Assembly: GCA_964636085.1 (NCBI GenBank)
Contig: CAZWPQ010000020.1
Coordinates: 7,029-36,786, forward strand
Origin: an uncultured Nitrososphaerota archaeon
GTDB lineage: Archaea; Asgardarchaeota; Njordarchaeia; Njordarchaeales; Panguiarchaeaceae
Length of the DNA: 29,758 nucleotides
Direction of reading: 5' to 3'
The notes under the pieces are model-generated. The model had not been told where the DNA came from. It did no database searches and worked only from the letters and a program-made list of their open reading frames with translations. The position numbers were made by a program, and so were the translations under genes. Of the stretch, positions 1 through 8,796 are shown in pieces; position 1 is the stretch's first letter; the number at the start of each line of letters is the position of its first letter.

Positions 1-1342
1 TGAGCTCGTTGATACGTATACTCTTCCCAGCCAGCACTATGTTGAGTGTGAAGCATCTCTGGAGTCTATCCCTGATCTTTATCCAGGGCACGTATGGCTT
101 GCCGTTGAGCACGTAATAGTGCGATACTATGCCCCTCCCCTCCATCTTTCCGCCGATGTTCTGTGTCCATACCCTGGGGCCCCCATATCCCCGCGTCTGC
201 GTGGTTGTTCCCTCGGGGGCGAGGCTATGTACGTATTCCGTCACGTCATATATCTCCCAGCGCGCATTCCCATACCAATCCACGACAACAATAATCATGT
301 AGTACTTGCATTCGCCGTAGATGGGTACTCCATTAAAATCGAAGTATTTGGAGAACCTCACAATAATGTTATCATCGATATATTCTTTGTCAAGTTGCTC
401 CATCTTTAACTCAGCTACAGCAACCAGCCCATCGTTGTCCTTGTCTGTGTTTGGGTCTATGTCCTTCAGGGGGATCACTACTTCGTAGGACATCCCGCTT
501 ATGTTATCGACTATGCTATCGAATGGCTCGCAGGTGGTGCTGATGGGATCGCTATCCTCGGGGGTTCTATATAGAGCTACCGTCGTGGCGAGTATCCTCG
601 ATTCTCCAGAGTAGGCATCGGACACGGTATAGTTGAAGTGTAGTCTGTCTTGCTGTTTATCCGTTCTAATGTTCCTCTCCGGGCTGAAATATATCGCTGG
701 GGGCTGGAGATCAACCGTTTCCCTCATTGTGTCGGCTTCCTCCTCGATATGGACGCCTAATACGCTGGCGGACACGGCCAGATATGCCAGGCAGAAGACT
801 ATTCCCATATAGAACAAAAGCTCCCTCACGGCGCCTCCCTCATCTGGAATTATGGAAAAACCATAACCACTACCAGCAAATAAAAGGGAAAAAAATTTAA
901 AGAGTGGGCTGTTTATGCCTATCCCAATAGCTGTAGCTACAAGGCTGATTATACCTTCAAATTCTTGTCTAGGGTGTATGTATACTGCGCTTAACCCCAT
1001 CGCTAGAAGTGCGGCATCGGATATTATCTGCATCAGATATCCTAGCTTCAGAAGTGCGCCCCAAAACAATATCCTTTTAAGATAGGTTTCGAGGGATTCT
1101 GTTAGGGAGAAGAAATAGGTGAAGAGTGAAGCGAGCGAGGAGGCGAAAAAAGCGACGGTATATATGTTGTAGCTATTAACCATTAATGCTAAAGACACCG
1201 ACATGAATGCATAGGGAATGAATATGTGGTATGCATATATATCCACAACACTCGGCGTCTTGCTCAAAAAGTCCATTATGGCATCAATGGCCTCACTGAA
1301 GAGATATTGGATCCTGTCCACTAGCAATAGAATAAAATGCAT
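1..1342 (-). CDS. Partial (runs off window start) membrane-anchored protein: hydrophobic N-terminal region followed by a probable extracellular Ig-like/Ca-binding region
   Basis: Manually translated: stop-free frame from ATG 1342 to position 1 (>447 codons; MHFILLLVDRIQ...VRELLFYMGIVFCLAYLAVSASVLG...VDLQPPAIYF...DKDNDGL...VVVDWYGNA...). Absent from the ORF track because the stop lies outside the window. Alternative start GTG 829 with GGAGG upstream. Confidence 0.8.
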   Translation of the reverse strand, partial: MHFILLLVDRIQYLFSEAIDAIMDFLSKTPSVVDIYAYHIFIPYAFMSVSLALMVNSYNIYTVAFFASSLASLFTYFFSLTESLETYLKRILFWGALLKLGYLMQIISDAALLAMGLSAVYIHPRQEFEGIISLVATAIGIGINSPLFKFFSLLFAGSGYGFSIIPDEGGAVRELLFYMGIVFCLAYLAVSASVLGVHIEEEADTMRETVDLQPPAIYFSPERNIRTDKQQDRLHFNYTVSDAYSGESRILATTVALYRTPEDSDPISTTCEPFDSIVDNISGMSYEVVIPLKDIDPNTDKDNDGLVAVAELKMEQLDKEYIDDNIIVRFSKYFDFNGVPIYGECKYYMIIVVVDWYGNARWEIYDVTEYVHSLAPEGTTTQTRGYGGPRVWTQNIGGKMEGRGIVSHYYVLNGKPYVPWIKIRDRLQRCFTLNIVLAGKSIRINEL

Positions 1343-1504
1343 TGTTTCGAGGTAAGGATGCTCTTCTCGTTTTTCCGTTAGGTATCTCCACCCATTTTCG
1401 GCCCCCCTAAATATATACTGGCCACCTTTAACGAAATTGTTAAAAATTGCTTTCTAGGGTCTTGTTTAATAAGGATCTGTATATTGGTGTATTACTTAGA
1501 TAAG

Positions 1505-1552
1505 CTTTAAATTTCTATTAGGTATATTCTAATATTATTAGGGTTGCCCTAA
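1505..1552 (+). promoter_or_regulatory. TATA box plus two DtxR-type palindromic operators
   Basis: TTTAAAT at 1506-1512; TATTAG-GTATATT-CTAATA at 1516-1534; perfect TTAGGG-TTG-CCCTAA at 1538-1552. The TTAGG...CCTAA ends match DtxR/IdeR-family boxes, and the sites lie directly upstream of a DtxR-family gene. Confidence 0.75.
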
Positions 1553-1561
1553 AAAGGTGTA

Positions 1562-1987
1562 TTGGAGATGAACCTTACGAGGAAAGAGTCGATGGTGCTT
1601 AGGTTTATTTATGAGGTAACAAAGGATATACCATTGGTAACCGTGAAACAAGTTGCTGAGTTCTTGAGGATTTCTCCTCCCTCGGCCTTTGAGTTGCTGA
1701 ATAGATTGGCTGAAGCTAAGGGATTACTCTTACGCATAGAGAGGAAAGGATATATACTTACTAGGTCAGGAAGGGCTGTGGCCCAGAAACTTGTGGCGGT
1801 TCACAGGATCTTGGAGACTGTGTTTTGTAGGATATTTGGGATGGATGCTGATTGTGCATGTGAGGTTGCCTCCCATGTTGATTTTATAATCGATATTGAC
1901 CACGCATTAAGGGCCATGAAGATGCTTGGAAATCCTGAGGTTTGTCCCCATAACAAGAGGATTCCGATAGGTGAGGAGATTGATTAG
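1562..1987 (+). CDS. DtxR/MntR-family metal-dependent transcriptional repressor (no FeoA/SH3 domain)
   Basis: wHTH (VKQVAEFLRISPPSAFELLNRL), LTRSGR, HRILE dimerisation motif, C-terminal CPHNKRIP. Start TTG 1562 or ATG 1568. Confidence 0.92.
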   Translation: MEMNLTRKESMVLRFIYEVTKDIPLVTVKQVAEFLRISPPSAFELLNRLAEAKGLLLRIERKGYILTRSGRAVAQKLVAVHRILETVFCRIFGMDADCACEVASHVDFIIDIDHALRAMKMLGNPEVCPHNKRIPIGEEID

Positions 1988-3011
1988 ATATGTGTTGATT
2001 ATATTTATCATGTCTATGGTGTTGGCCAATGGGGGGCATGTCGGATTGACTGGCTCATTCGTTATTAATATTGTCTGTACTCTCGAGCCCTATGCGGGTA
2101 TTGCCGAATATATTGGTGGGGGTCTAGTCAATGTCTCGTTTATAATACCTGAGGGTGCGAGTCCTCATGAATACTCGCTATCTCCAAGTGATTTGTCTAA
2201 GATAGAGAAGGCGGATATCCTTATTATGGTTAATAGTGAGTTTTTGTCGATTGAGTCAGAGATAAGGGAGAGCTTTAGTGATAAGACATATGTGGATTTT
2301 CCTGATTATGAGAAATATAATATTACGATATTGCCTGCTCCAGGAATAGAGCAAAATTATCATGGTTATTGGCTCTATCCCGATAACGCTATAGCTATTG
2401 CCAAGGCAATTTTTGAGGCATTGGCAAGTATCGATCCGACACACAGAGAGATCTTTGAGGCGAACCTTGCAAGGTTTATAGATAAGGTCAGCAATCTGAA
2501 AGACCTCATGATTAGTGTATCTATGGAGAGGGGGCTCTATGGCATTGGTGTATTATTAGCTGTGCCTGCAGTGGCGTATGTAGCTTATTCATTCGGTTTT
2601 TCCCCAAAGGCTATGATACTTAAGGCGCCGGGGAGCTTTGTATCTGGGTCTGAGCTAGTAAGGATAGAGGAGGAGATAGAGAATGGCGAGATATCTATGG
2701 CTCTATGCCCAGAGAGTCTGAAGAATGCGAAGCCTGGGCAGATTATGGAAGAGATAAGGAGGGAGACAAATGTATCCGTAGCCTATGTCAGGGTTTTTTC
2801 TCTACATGGCCTTAATGACTATATATCGTTACTCTCATATAATCTGGCGGTGATTTCAAATATCGGTCTCCAGAATACCTCTAGTAGATTTATGACCGAG
2901 ACCTATATATACCTCCTTATAGGGTTTACATTGGCTACGGCGGTCGCTATTTTGGAATCAATAATCATATTTAGGTTTAGAAAAAAAGCGGAGGAGATAT
3001 TGTATGAGTAA
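1971..3011 (+). CDS. znuA: Metal ABC transporter substrate-binding protein (ZnuA/TroA family), C-terminally membrane anchored
   Basis: Signal peptide, IIPEGASPHEY, NYHGYWL, DP..REIFEAN motifs; C-terminal TM helix followed by RFRKK; operon context. Confidence 0.88.
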   Translation: MRRLIRYVLIIFIMSMVLANGGHVGLTGSFVINIVCTLEPYAGIAEYIGGGLVNVSFIIPEGASPHEYSLSPSDLSKIEKADILIMVNSEFLSIESEIRESFSDKTYVDFPDYEKYNITILPAPGIEQNYHGYWLYPDNAIAIAKAIFEALASIDPTHREIFEANLARFIDKVSNLKDLMISVSMERGLYGIGVLLAVPAVAYVAYSFGFSPKAMILKAPGSFVSGSELVRIEEEIENGEISMALCPESLKNAKPGQIMEEIRRETNVSVAYVRVFSLHGLNDYISLLSYNLAVISNIGLQNTSSRFMTETYIYLLIGFTLATAVAILESIIIFRFRKKAEEILYE

Positions 3012-3792
3012 GCCATTGCTAAGAGTAAGGGGGCTTAGTGCTGGGTATGACAAGGAGCCAGTGATAAGAGATATATCATTTGATGTATATGAGTCCGAGA
3101 TCTGTGTAATAATGGGCCCGAATGGTGCTGGAAAATCGACATTGCTAAGATCGATTATAGGTCTGGCAAGAGTCTATAGTGGAGAGATTGAGGTCTGTGG
3201 ATACAGGATCCCGCATGATATAAAAAACATTAGAAGGATTATAGGGTATGTTCCCCAGAGAGAATATGTCTCCCAGAACATACCAGTAACAACAAAAGAT
3301 GTTGTTCTTTCTGGCATAACACTTAGAAAAGGTCCATTATACATACCGACTAGGAAAGATATGTATACCGTACGCAGAGTCCTGGAGAGAGTAGGTATAG
3401 GGAGAGAGCTGTGGTTCAAAAAATTTAATGAGCTCTCGGGCGGACAACAACAGAAGGTGCTATTGGCAAGGGCTCTTGTGTTTCATCCTCGAATACTTTT
3501 ATTGGATGAGCCATTCTCGGGCATAGACATAAAGTCTCTAAGGGAAATAATTGATTTTTTGGTCGAAATAAAGAAGTCGGAGAAACTAGGAATAGTAATT
3601 GTACTTCATGAAATTAGTGAGATTTTGGCCCATGTTGATCGAATAATGCTCCTTAACAAGAGAATGGTAGCATGTGGCGATGTACTATCGGTATTGACAC
3701 CTGAAAACCTAAAGCAGACATACGGCGTGGACGTTGATGTTATTCCATACGGCGATAAGTGTCTACCTATCATAGGTGATAGACATGCCTAG
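3004..3792 (+). CDS. znuC: Metal ABC transporter ATP-binding protein
   Basis: Walker A GPNGAGKST, IGYVPQ, LSGGQQQK signature, LLLDEPFSGID, H-loop VLHE. Confidence 0.93.
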   Translation: MSKPLLRVRGLSAGYDKEPVIRDISFDVYESEICVIMGPNGAGKSTLLRSIIGLARVYSGEIEVCGYRIPHDIKNIRRIIGYVPQREYVSQNIPVTTKDVVLSGITLRKGPLYIPTRKDMYTVRRVLERVGIGRELWFKKFNELSGGQQQKVLLARALVFHPRILLLDEPFSGIDIKSLREIIDFLVEIKKSEKLGIVIVLHEISEILAHVDRIMLLNKRMVACGDVLSVLTPENLKQTYGVDVDVIPYGDKCLPIIGDRHA

Positions 3793-4612
3793 TATTATAG
3801 GTCTCCTCCAGAATCCATTCATACTCAGGGCCATACTAGCAGTAGTACTAATAAGCGTGCTAGCGGCCACAGCAGGTAGTTTTACTATTTTCAGAGGCCT
3901 ATCATTTTTAGTTGCTGGAATAGCCCATGCAGCATTCGCGGGAGCGGCCCTAGCATTAGTGTTGTATCAATATGGTTGTCTCAGCGGACTCGACCCATTA
4001 TTTGTGGCGCTCTTGTTTGGAGTTATGATGGCTGTGGTTATTGGCCTTACTGAGAGGCCTGAGAGTATATCGAAGATAGAGGTGTCTATAGGCGTAGCTT
4101 TTGCATTTTCGATGAGTCTAGCAATACTATTTATTTCACTAATGAAGGAGTACTCTATTGAGGCCTGGGCCCTGATTCTGGGCGATATATTGCTATTGAC
4201 GATTAATGATATAATCATATTGACCATAATAACGATTATTGACACATTCATTTTCGTGTTGTTTATGAGGATTTTTGTATTTCTATCCTTTGACCCAGAG
4301 GGTCTTAGGGCTATTGGTGTTAATGTCGATGTTTACCACATATTGATGCTTGTGCTGATAGCAAGTGCGACTGTTGTTCTCTTAAAGGGGGTTGGAGTCA
4401 TATTAGTATATGCGGTTCTTGTTGTTCCATCAGCAATAGCAAACAAGATTGCTAATGATGTTTTGGGGGTGATGAAGTTATCGTTTGTAATAGCATTGTT
4501 ATCGGGAGTATCTGGTGTGTTTATATCAACAGTTTTAGACATTGTTCCTAGTGCGCTTATAGGTCTAATATTAGTGTTTATATACTTTATTGTTTCTGCT
4601 CTGAAAAGATGA
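3785..4612 (+). CDS. znuB: Metal ABC transporter permease (ABC-3/ZnuB family)
   Basis: AGIAHAAFAG, ILGDIL, SFDPEG, GVILVYAVLVVP motifs; many TM helices. ATG 3785 (GGTGA upstream) preferred over track start 3776. Confidence 0.92.
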   Translation: MPSIIGLLQNPFILRAILAVVLISVLAATAGSFTIFRGLSFLVAGIAHAAFAGAALALVLYQYGCLSGLDPLFVALLFGVMMAVVIGLTERPESISKIEVSIGVAFAFSMSLAILFISLMKEYSIEAWALILGDILLLTINDIIILTIITIIDTFIFVLFMRIFVFLSFDPEGLRAIGVNVDVYHILMLVLIASATVVLLKGVGVILVYAVLVVPSAIANKIANDVLGVMKLSFVIALLSGVSGVFISTVLDIVPSALIGLILVFIYFIVSALKR

Positions 4613-4694
4613 CCTCCTCACAAATGGATAAAACGTATTACTTTACTTGTAAAATAGAATTCTTCTAGTATTTATAGCAAGATGGTGTTCGTTT

Positions 4695-6053
4695 ATGTCT
4701 TCAAGAAAAAAATTCTCTTGTGGCAATGTGATGCCAGATTATAAGGTAATGGCGATTCTCATCTTGATGTTTATGTCTGCGATGGGATATACTATAATAA
4801 AATTTGTGGATGCGCAACAATCTGAGAGTTTTCCAGAAATAAAAATAACTGCCCCATATAATCCTCCCCCAAGGCCTCACAAAGACGGCGAAGTTATTGT
4901 TGGAAGAGAGTCATTCACTATAAGGGTCTATATAACCTTCAAGTGTAATGCTAGCAAAGTGGAGATAATTGGTGATGCCGAGGGCGTATGCATAGAACCC
5001 CCGAATACATCCGAAAGTTTCACACCAAGAGAAGTTGCAGGAAACCCAGATGCAGAGGCATATATTATTTCTCCTGATGGAAAGAGTGATGAAATCAAAG
5101 AACCAAAGCCCACGTTCACAACATATGAGAATAGGAGAGCAGTCTTATTCGTTTTACCTAATATATCCTCTGGATGGGTCTATGATGTTAGGTGGAGAAT
5201 GAGTGCGCCAGAAGAACTGCCGAAGGGTGCTGACCATATAAAAATTAGGCTATCTATACTGATAAAACTATACATCCCAGGGGAAACAGAGCCCCTCCCA
5301 GTTGGGCCATACTACAAAGAAATAGATGTCATTAAGCCCCCTATTATTAAGTATATAGTAATTACACTTCTTGTAGTTGCTGGCTTCGCCATTTTGGTTC
5401 TAGCTGGCTATTTGGGATTTTTCAGAATATTCTCAACAATGGATCTTGTCACGATAGCAATAATCTCGGCAATGCAGGCGATATGGGTACATATCATAGG
5501 TAGACTTCTAGTATTTCAAATAGTTGATAGAGTACCCCTTGCCTATAATTTTGCCGTTGCGGACTTCCCATATATACTACTCCTCATTACGGCCGTTATC
5601 TTGGTTAGGAAGCCCGGTACTGTGAGCTTAACACTCTTTGTATATAACCTATCAAGCCAGATAATGGGATTCTATCCCTTTAACCCAGCATGGTGGAGCT
5701 ATCCTATCAGCGAGGGGCTTGTTCCAGATCTATGGATCTTAGTCAGGGGCGACGCCATACTCACGGATAAAATCGCATTTTTTAGGAGGAATATCCCTCT
5801 AGAAGAGCTAGAGACGTATCCGTCAAATGTAATAATAAAGTATTTAGATGGGTTCATAATAGGCTTCTTTAGGGGTCTAACTATGCAATACCTTCTGCTT
5901 ACGGTATTTATACCGTATTTCTATAGGATAAGCTACAGCATGGGCTATGTGATATATTGGCTGGTTATTCCTTGGTCCATTGGTAATGCTATAGAAGGAA
6001 TAATCTCTATTCCTATTGCGGAGGAGATAAAGAAGTCAGCGGCTACCCTATAG
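4695..6053 (+). CDS. Membrane protein: signal/TM, beta-rich ectodomain and C-terminal ECF S-component-like domain
   Basis: N-terminal hydrophobic segment, ~180 aa soluble beta-rich region, then about 6-7 TM helices with TMDLVTIAIISA, AVILVRKPG and GLVPDL, resembling YkoE/MptD-type ECF S components. Start may be ATG 4731. Confidence 0.6.
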   Translation: MSSRKKFSCGNVMPDYKVMAILILMFMSAMGYTIIKFVDAQQSESFPEIKITAPYNPPPRPHKDGEVIVGRESFTIRVYITFKCNASKVEIIGDAEGVCIEPPNTSESFTPREVAGNPDAEAYIISPDGKSDEIKEPKPTFTTYENRRAVLFVLPNISSGWVYDVRWRMSAPEELPKGADHIKIRLSILIKLYIPGETEPLPVGPYYKEIDVIKPPIIKYIVITLLVVAGFAILVLAGYLGFFRIFSTMDLVTIAIISAMQAIWVHIIGRLLVFQIVDRVPLAYNFAVADFPYILLLITAVILVRKPGTVSLTLFVYNLSSQIMGFYPFNPAWWSYPISEGLVPDLWILVRGDAILTDKIAFFRRNIPLEELETYPSNVIIKYLDGFIIGFFRGLTMQYLLLTVFIPYFYRISYSMGYVIYWLVIPWSIGNAIEGIISIPIAEEIKKSAATL

Positions 6054-6058
6054 AATAT

Positions 6059-7429
6059 CTATATCTCTACCTCATTTTTCTTCTTTATTTTTGCTAGTGT
6101 CTTCTCCACCCTTTTTACTGCAACCTTTATATGTGGATCGGGCCTAAATATTTCTCTGATCTCTTCCTCGGTCAGATATTTCCTAATGGTATCATTACTT
6201 AGTACGAGCTCTATGAAGTTTCTTCCACTCTCATAGGCCTCCATGGCTATTCTCCTCACTAGTTCATGGGCATTCTGTCTTCCAAGCCCCCTCATAGCTA
6301 ATCTTGTTACCAGTATATCGGAATATATCATGCCGCCTGTAAATTTTATGTTTCTCTCTATGTTCTTTATGTTTATTTTCAGGTTCCTAAGGATTTTTAT
6401 CGCCCTAGATATTTGTTCGTCGACAAGCATAAATATTTCCGGGATAATTATTCTCTCAGATGCGCTATTTGTGAGATCCCTCTCATGCCACAAAACAATG
6501 TTTTCAAGAGCAGCAATAGCCAGCCCTCTTACGACTCGTGCAATAGAACATATATTTTCGGAGCTTATAGGGTTCCTTTTATGGGGCATTGCCGTAGATC
6601 CGACCTGGCTCGATAGAAATTGTTCCTCTAACTCACTTATCTCAGTTCTCTGTAGATTTCTGATTTCCGTGGCTAATTTTTCCAGCGATGAGGATATTAA
6701 TGACATAAGTAAGAAAATTTCGGCAAATCTATCCCTAGATATTATTTGGGTAGCGCTCTCATCAACCCCCAGCCCCAATTCCTCAAGCACTTCCCTCTCA
6801 ACAATCTCTCCGACCTCGCCTAGGCTACTATGGATACCTACAGAACCACTGATTTTACCAACAAATATTCTTTTTCGGGCATCATGTATCCTTTCTATGT
6901 GTCTAAGAAATTCATCGGCGAAAACAGCAAACTTTCTACCCAGCGTATATATAGATGCATGCATTCCATGAGTCCTAGCCACACATGGCAAATCTATGTA
7001 TCTGGATGCTAGTTCTCCTAGACACTTAATTAGGAGTTTTAATTTAGATTCGATATGATCAAGAGCCTCTCTGAGGATAAGCACCTTAGCGGTATCTCTC
7101 AGATCTGCGGAGGTAAGTCCAATATGGATGTACTCTCCTAGCTCCCCCATGTGTCTAGCCAAAACATTTATAAGAGCCATTATGTCATGTCTTGTTATTT
7201 TTTCCTCCTCAAATATATCGTTCACATCAAGTTTTTCTATCGCCCTCCTCAGAGCCCCAGAGGTACCATCTGGTACTATTCCATGTTTTTCCTGTTTTTC
7301 AACAACAGCCAGTTCTACCATGGCCATTGTTCTATAGAAGTTCTCCACAGAGAATATTCTCCTTAACTCCTCACAGCCGTATCTATATTCAATTGGATGC
7401 ACTTTCCTAGGGTCAATCATGGACATCAT
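6059..7429 (-). CDS. purB: Adenylosuccinate lyase
   Basis: TRHD, HIGLTSAD, ARTHGMHA, GSTAMPHKRNP fumarase-superfamily signature, WHERDLTNS; ATGA overlap with purA stop (7426-7429). Confidence 0.96.
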   Translation of the reverse strand: MMSMIDPRKVHPIEYRYGCEELRRIFSVENFYRTMAMVELAVVEKQEKHGIVPDGTSGALRRAIEKLDVNDIFEEEKITRHDIMALINVLARHMGELGEYIHIGLTSADLRDTAKVLILREALDHIESKLKLLIKCLGELASRYIDLPCVARTHGMHASIYTLGRKFAVFADEFLRHIERIHDARKRIFVGKISGSVGIHSSLGEVGEIVEREVLEELGLGVDESATQIISRDRFAEIFLLMSLISSSLEKLATEIRNLQRTEISELEEQFLSSQVGSTAMPHKRNPISSENICSIARVVRGLAIAALENIVLWHERDLTNSASERIIIPEIFMLVDEQISRAIKILRNLKINIKNIERNIKFTGGMIYSDILVTRLAMRGLGRQNAHELVRRIAMEAYESGRNFIELVLSNDTIRKYLTEEEIREIFRPDPHIKVAVKRVEKTLAKIKKKNEVEI

Positions 7430-8430
7430 CTTCTATCTATTGTGTCCTTAACGTCTGGCCCAGTCCTTATAATCGTTACTGGAACTCCCAGTGTTCTTTC
7501 TATTTCCAATACGAATTCTTTGGCTTCTTGCGTAAGTTCGCTCCAGTCTCTTACATGAGCTACCTTAGGGTATAAGACATCCAGTTTCGTAAGTGCTATC
7601 TGGGTCGCACCATTAAGTCTCACCGCCCTTTTTGCTAACTCAAAGTTAAATGGCGCAGCTCTCCTCGGGCGACCAGTCACAGTTCCATACTCCACCCATC
7701 CTCTCTCTTTAATTTCTTCTATTGTCAATTCATTTGGCAAAGGTCCAGTACCAACACGAGTAACATATGATTTAAACACAACAATAACATCGTCAACATC
7801 TGTGGGTCCTATACCAACATCGCTACATATCGAGCCAGCAGTAACATCCTTTGATGTTACATAGGGATACGTACCATGAAACAGTGATAAAAATGTACCT
7901 TGAGTACCCTCAACAATTACTGTTTTTCTCGAATCTATAGCCCCCCATATCTCGGCCGGCACATCCGTAATAAAATCCTTAAGTAAATCTAGCTCAGCTG
8001 CAAGTCTAAGTCTTCTTTTAACCCTATCAACATTGGCCTCTCCACATCCAGTAAGAGTACTTCCAATTTTCTCCCTAAGGTGTGTAGATTGCCGTTCCCT
8101 ATCAATATGAATATTCTCGATGATCCCCGTATTTTTATCTACACCCACTCTATCTCTATCAACACTATATCTATCAATCTCTCCTAATAGGACATCGGGA
8201 TTAACCAAAACCCCCGGACCGATAAGTAGTCTACACTCCTTATTTATAAGGCCCGATGGGATTTGACGCAACTTATATTCCTGTCCATTATAAACAACAG
8301 TATGGCCAGCATTAGGGCCAACACCACCCCGCACACAAATTGATGGGTTGTCATTGATCGACAAATAGCCAACAACCCCGCCTTTGCCCTCATCACCAAA
8401 GAAGCCACCCACAACGACTATAACCACCAT
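7426..8430 (-). CDS. purA: Adenylosuccinate synthetase, short archaeal form
   Basis: GDEGKG P-loop, NAGHT, EGTQG, GTYPYVTS, TVTGRPRR, TKLD; 334 aa; GGTGA RBS upstream. Confidence 0.97.
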   Translation of the reverse strand: MVVIVVVGGFFGDEGKGGVVGYLSINDNPSICVRGGVGPNAGHTVVYNGQEYKLRQIPSGLINKECRLLIGPGVLVNPDVLLGEIDRYSVDRDRVGVDKNTGIIENIHIDRERQSTHLREKIGSTLTGCGEANVDRVKRRLRLAAELDLLKDFITDVPAEIWGAIDSRKTVIVEGTQGTFLSLFHGTYPYVTSKDVTAGSICSDVGIGPTDVDDVIVVFKSYVTRVGTGPLPNELTIEEIKERGWVEYGTVTGRPRRAAPFNFELAKRAVRLNGATQIALTKLDVLYPKVAHVRDWSELTQEAKEFVLEIERTLGVPVTIIRTGPDVKDTIDRR

Positions 8431-8796
8431 GAAGATTCACCCGCACATATAATATATGCTATTATGTTTCTTAAAATTGTACAACAATTACAGTTTCTCG
8501 GATTTTTCCTTTTCAAATGAACAACATTTCTATCTAGATTCTCTAAAATGGTCTCAGAAACTTGTAGTACGTCACAGAGAAATCAATGATTTGCAGTAAC
8601 ATTGAAGGAAATTGATCATTATCGATCAGTGTATTACATTAGAATATAAATATACTATGGCGTGTCTTTTGATCGTTCCCTTATACATCTACAAGCTGTC
8701 GGAGGGCTCTATAAATCATTTATGATATATAGTTGCCTAGCGGTGGCTATAATTTGGGATATGTAGCATATATATAAGGTTTTTTCTGCTGATAAT

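Noticed and set aside
119-409. 96-aa plus-strand ORF
   Set aside because: Antisense shadow of the longer minus-strand frame <1..1342.
6053-6059. Convergent stops only 5 bp apart
   Set aside because: Common in compact archaeal genomes; no evidence for antisense control.
6243-6971. 242-aa plus-strand ORF and other short ORFs inside purB
   Set aside because: Antisense to a clear purB; Ser/Ile-rich shadow composition, no motifs.
8446-8458. CATATA-A-TATATG palindrome upstream of purA
   Set aside because: Low-complexity AT sequence, likely chance.
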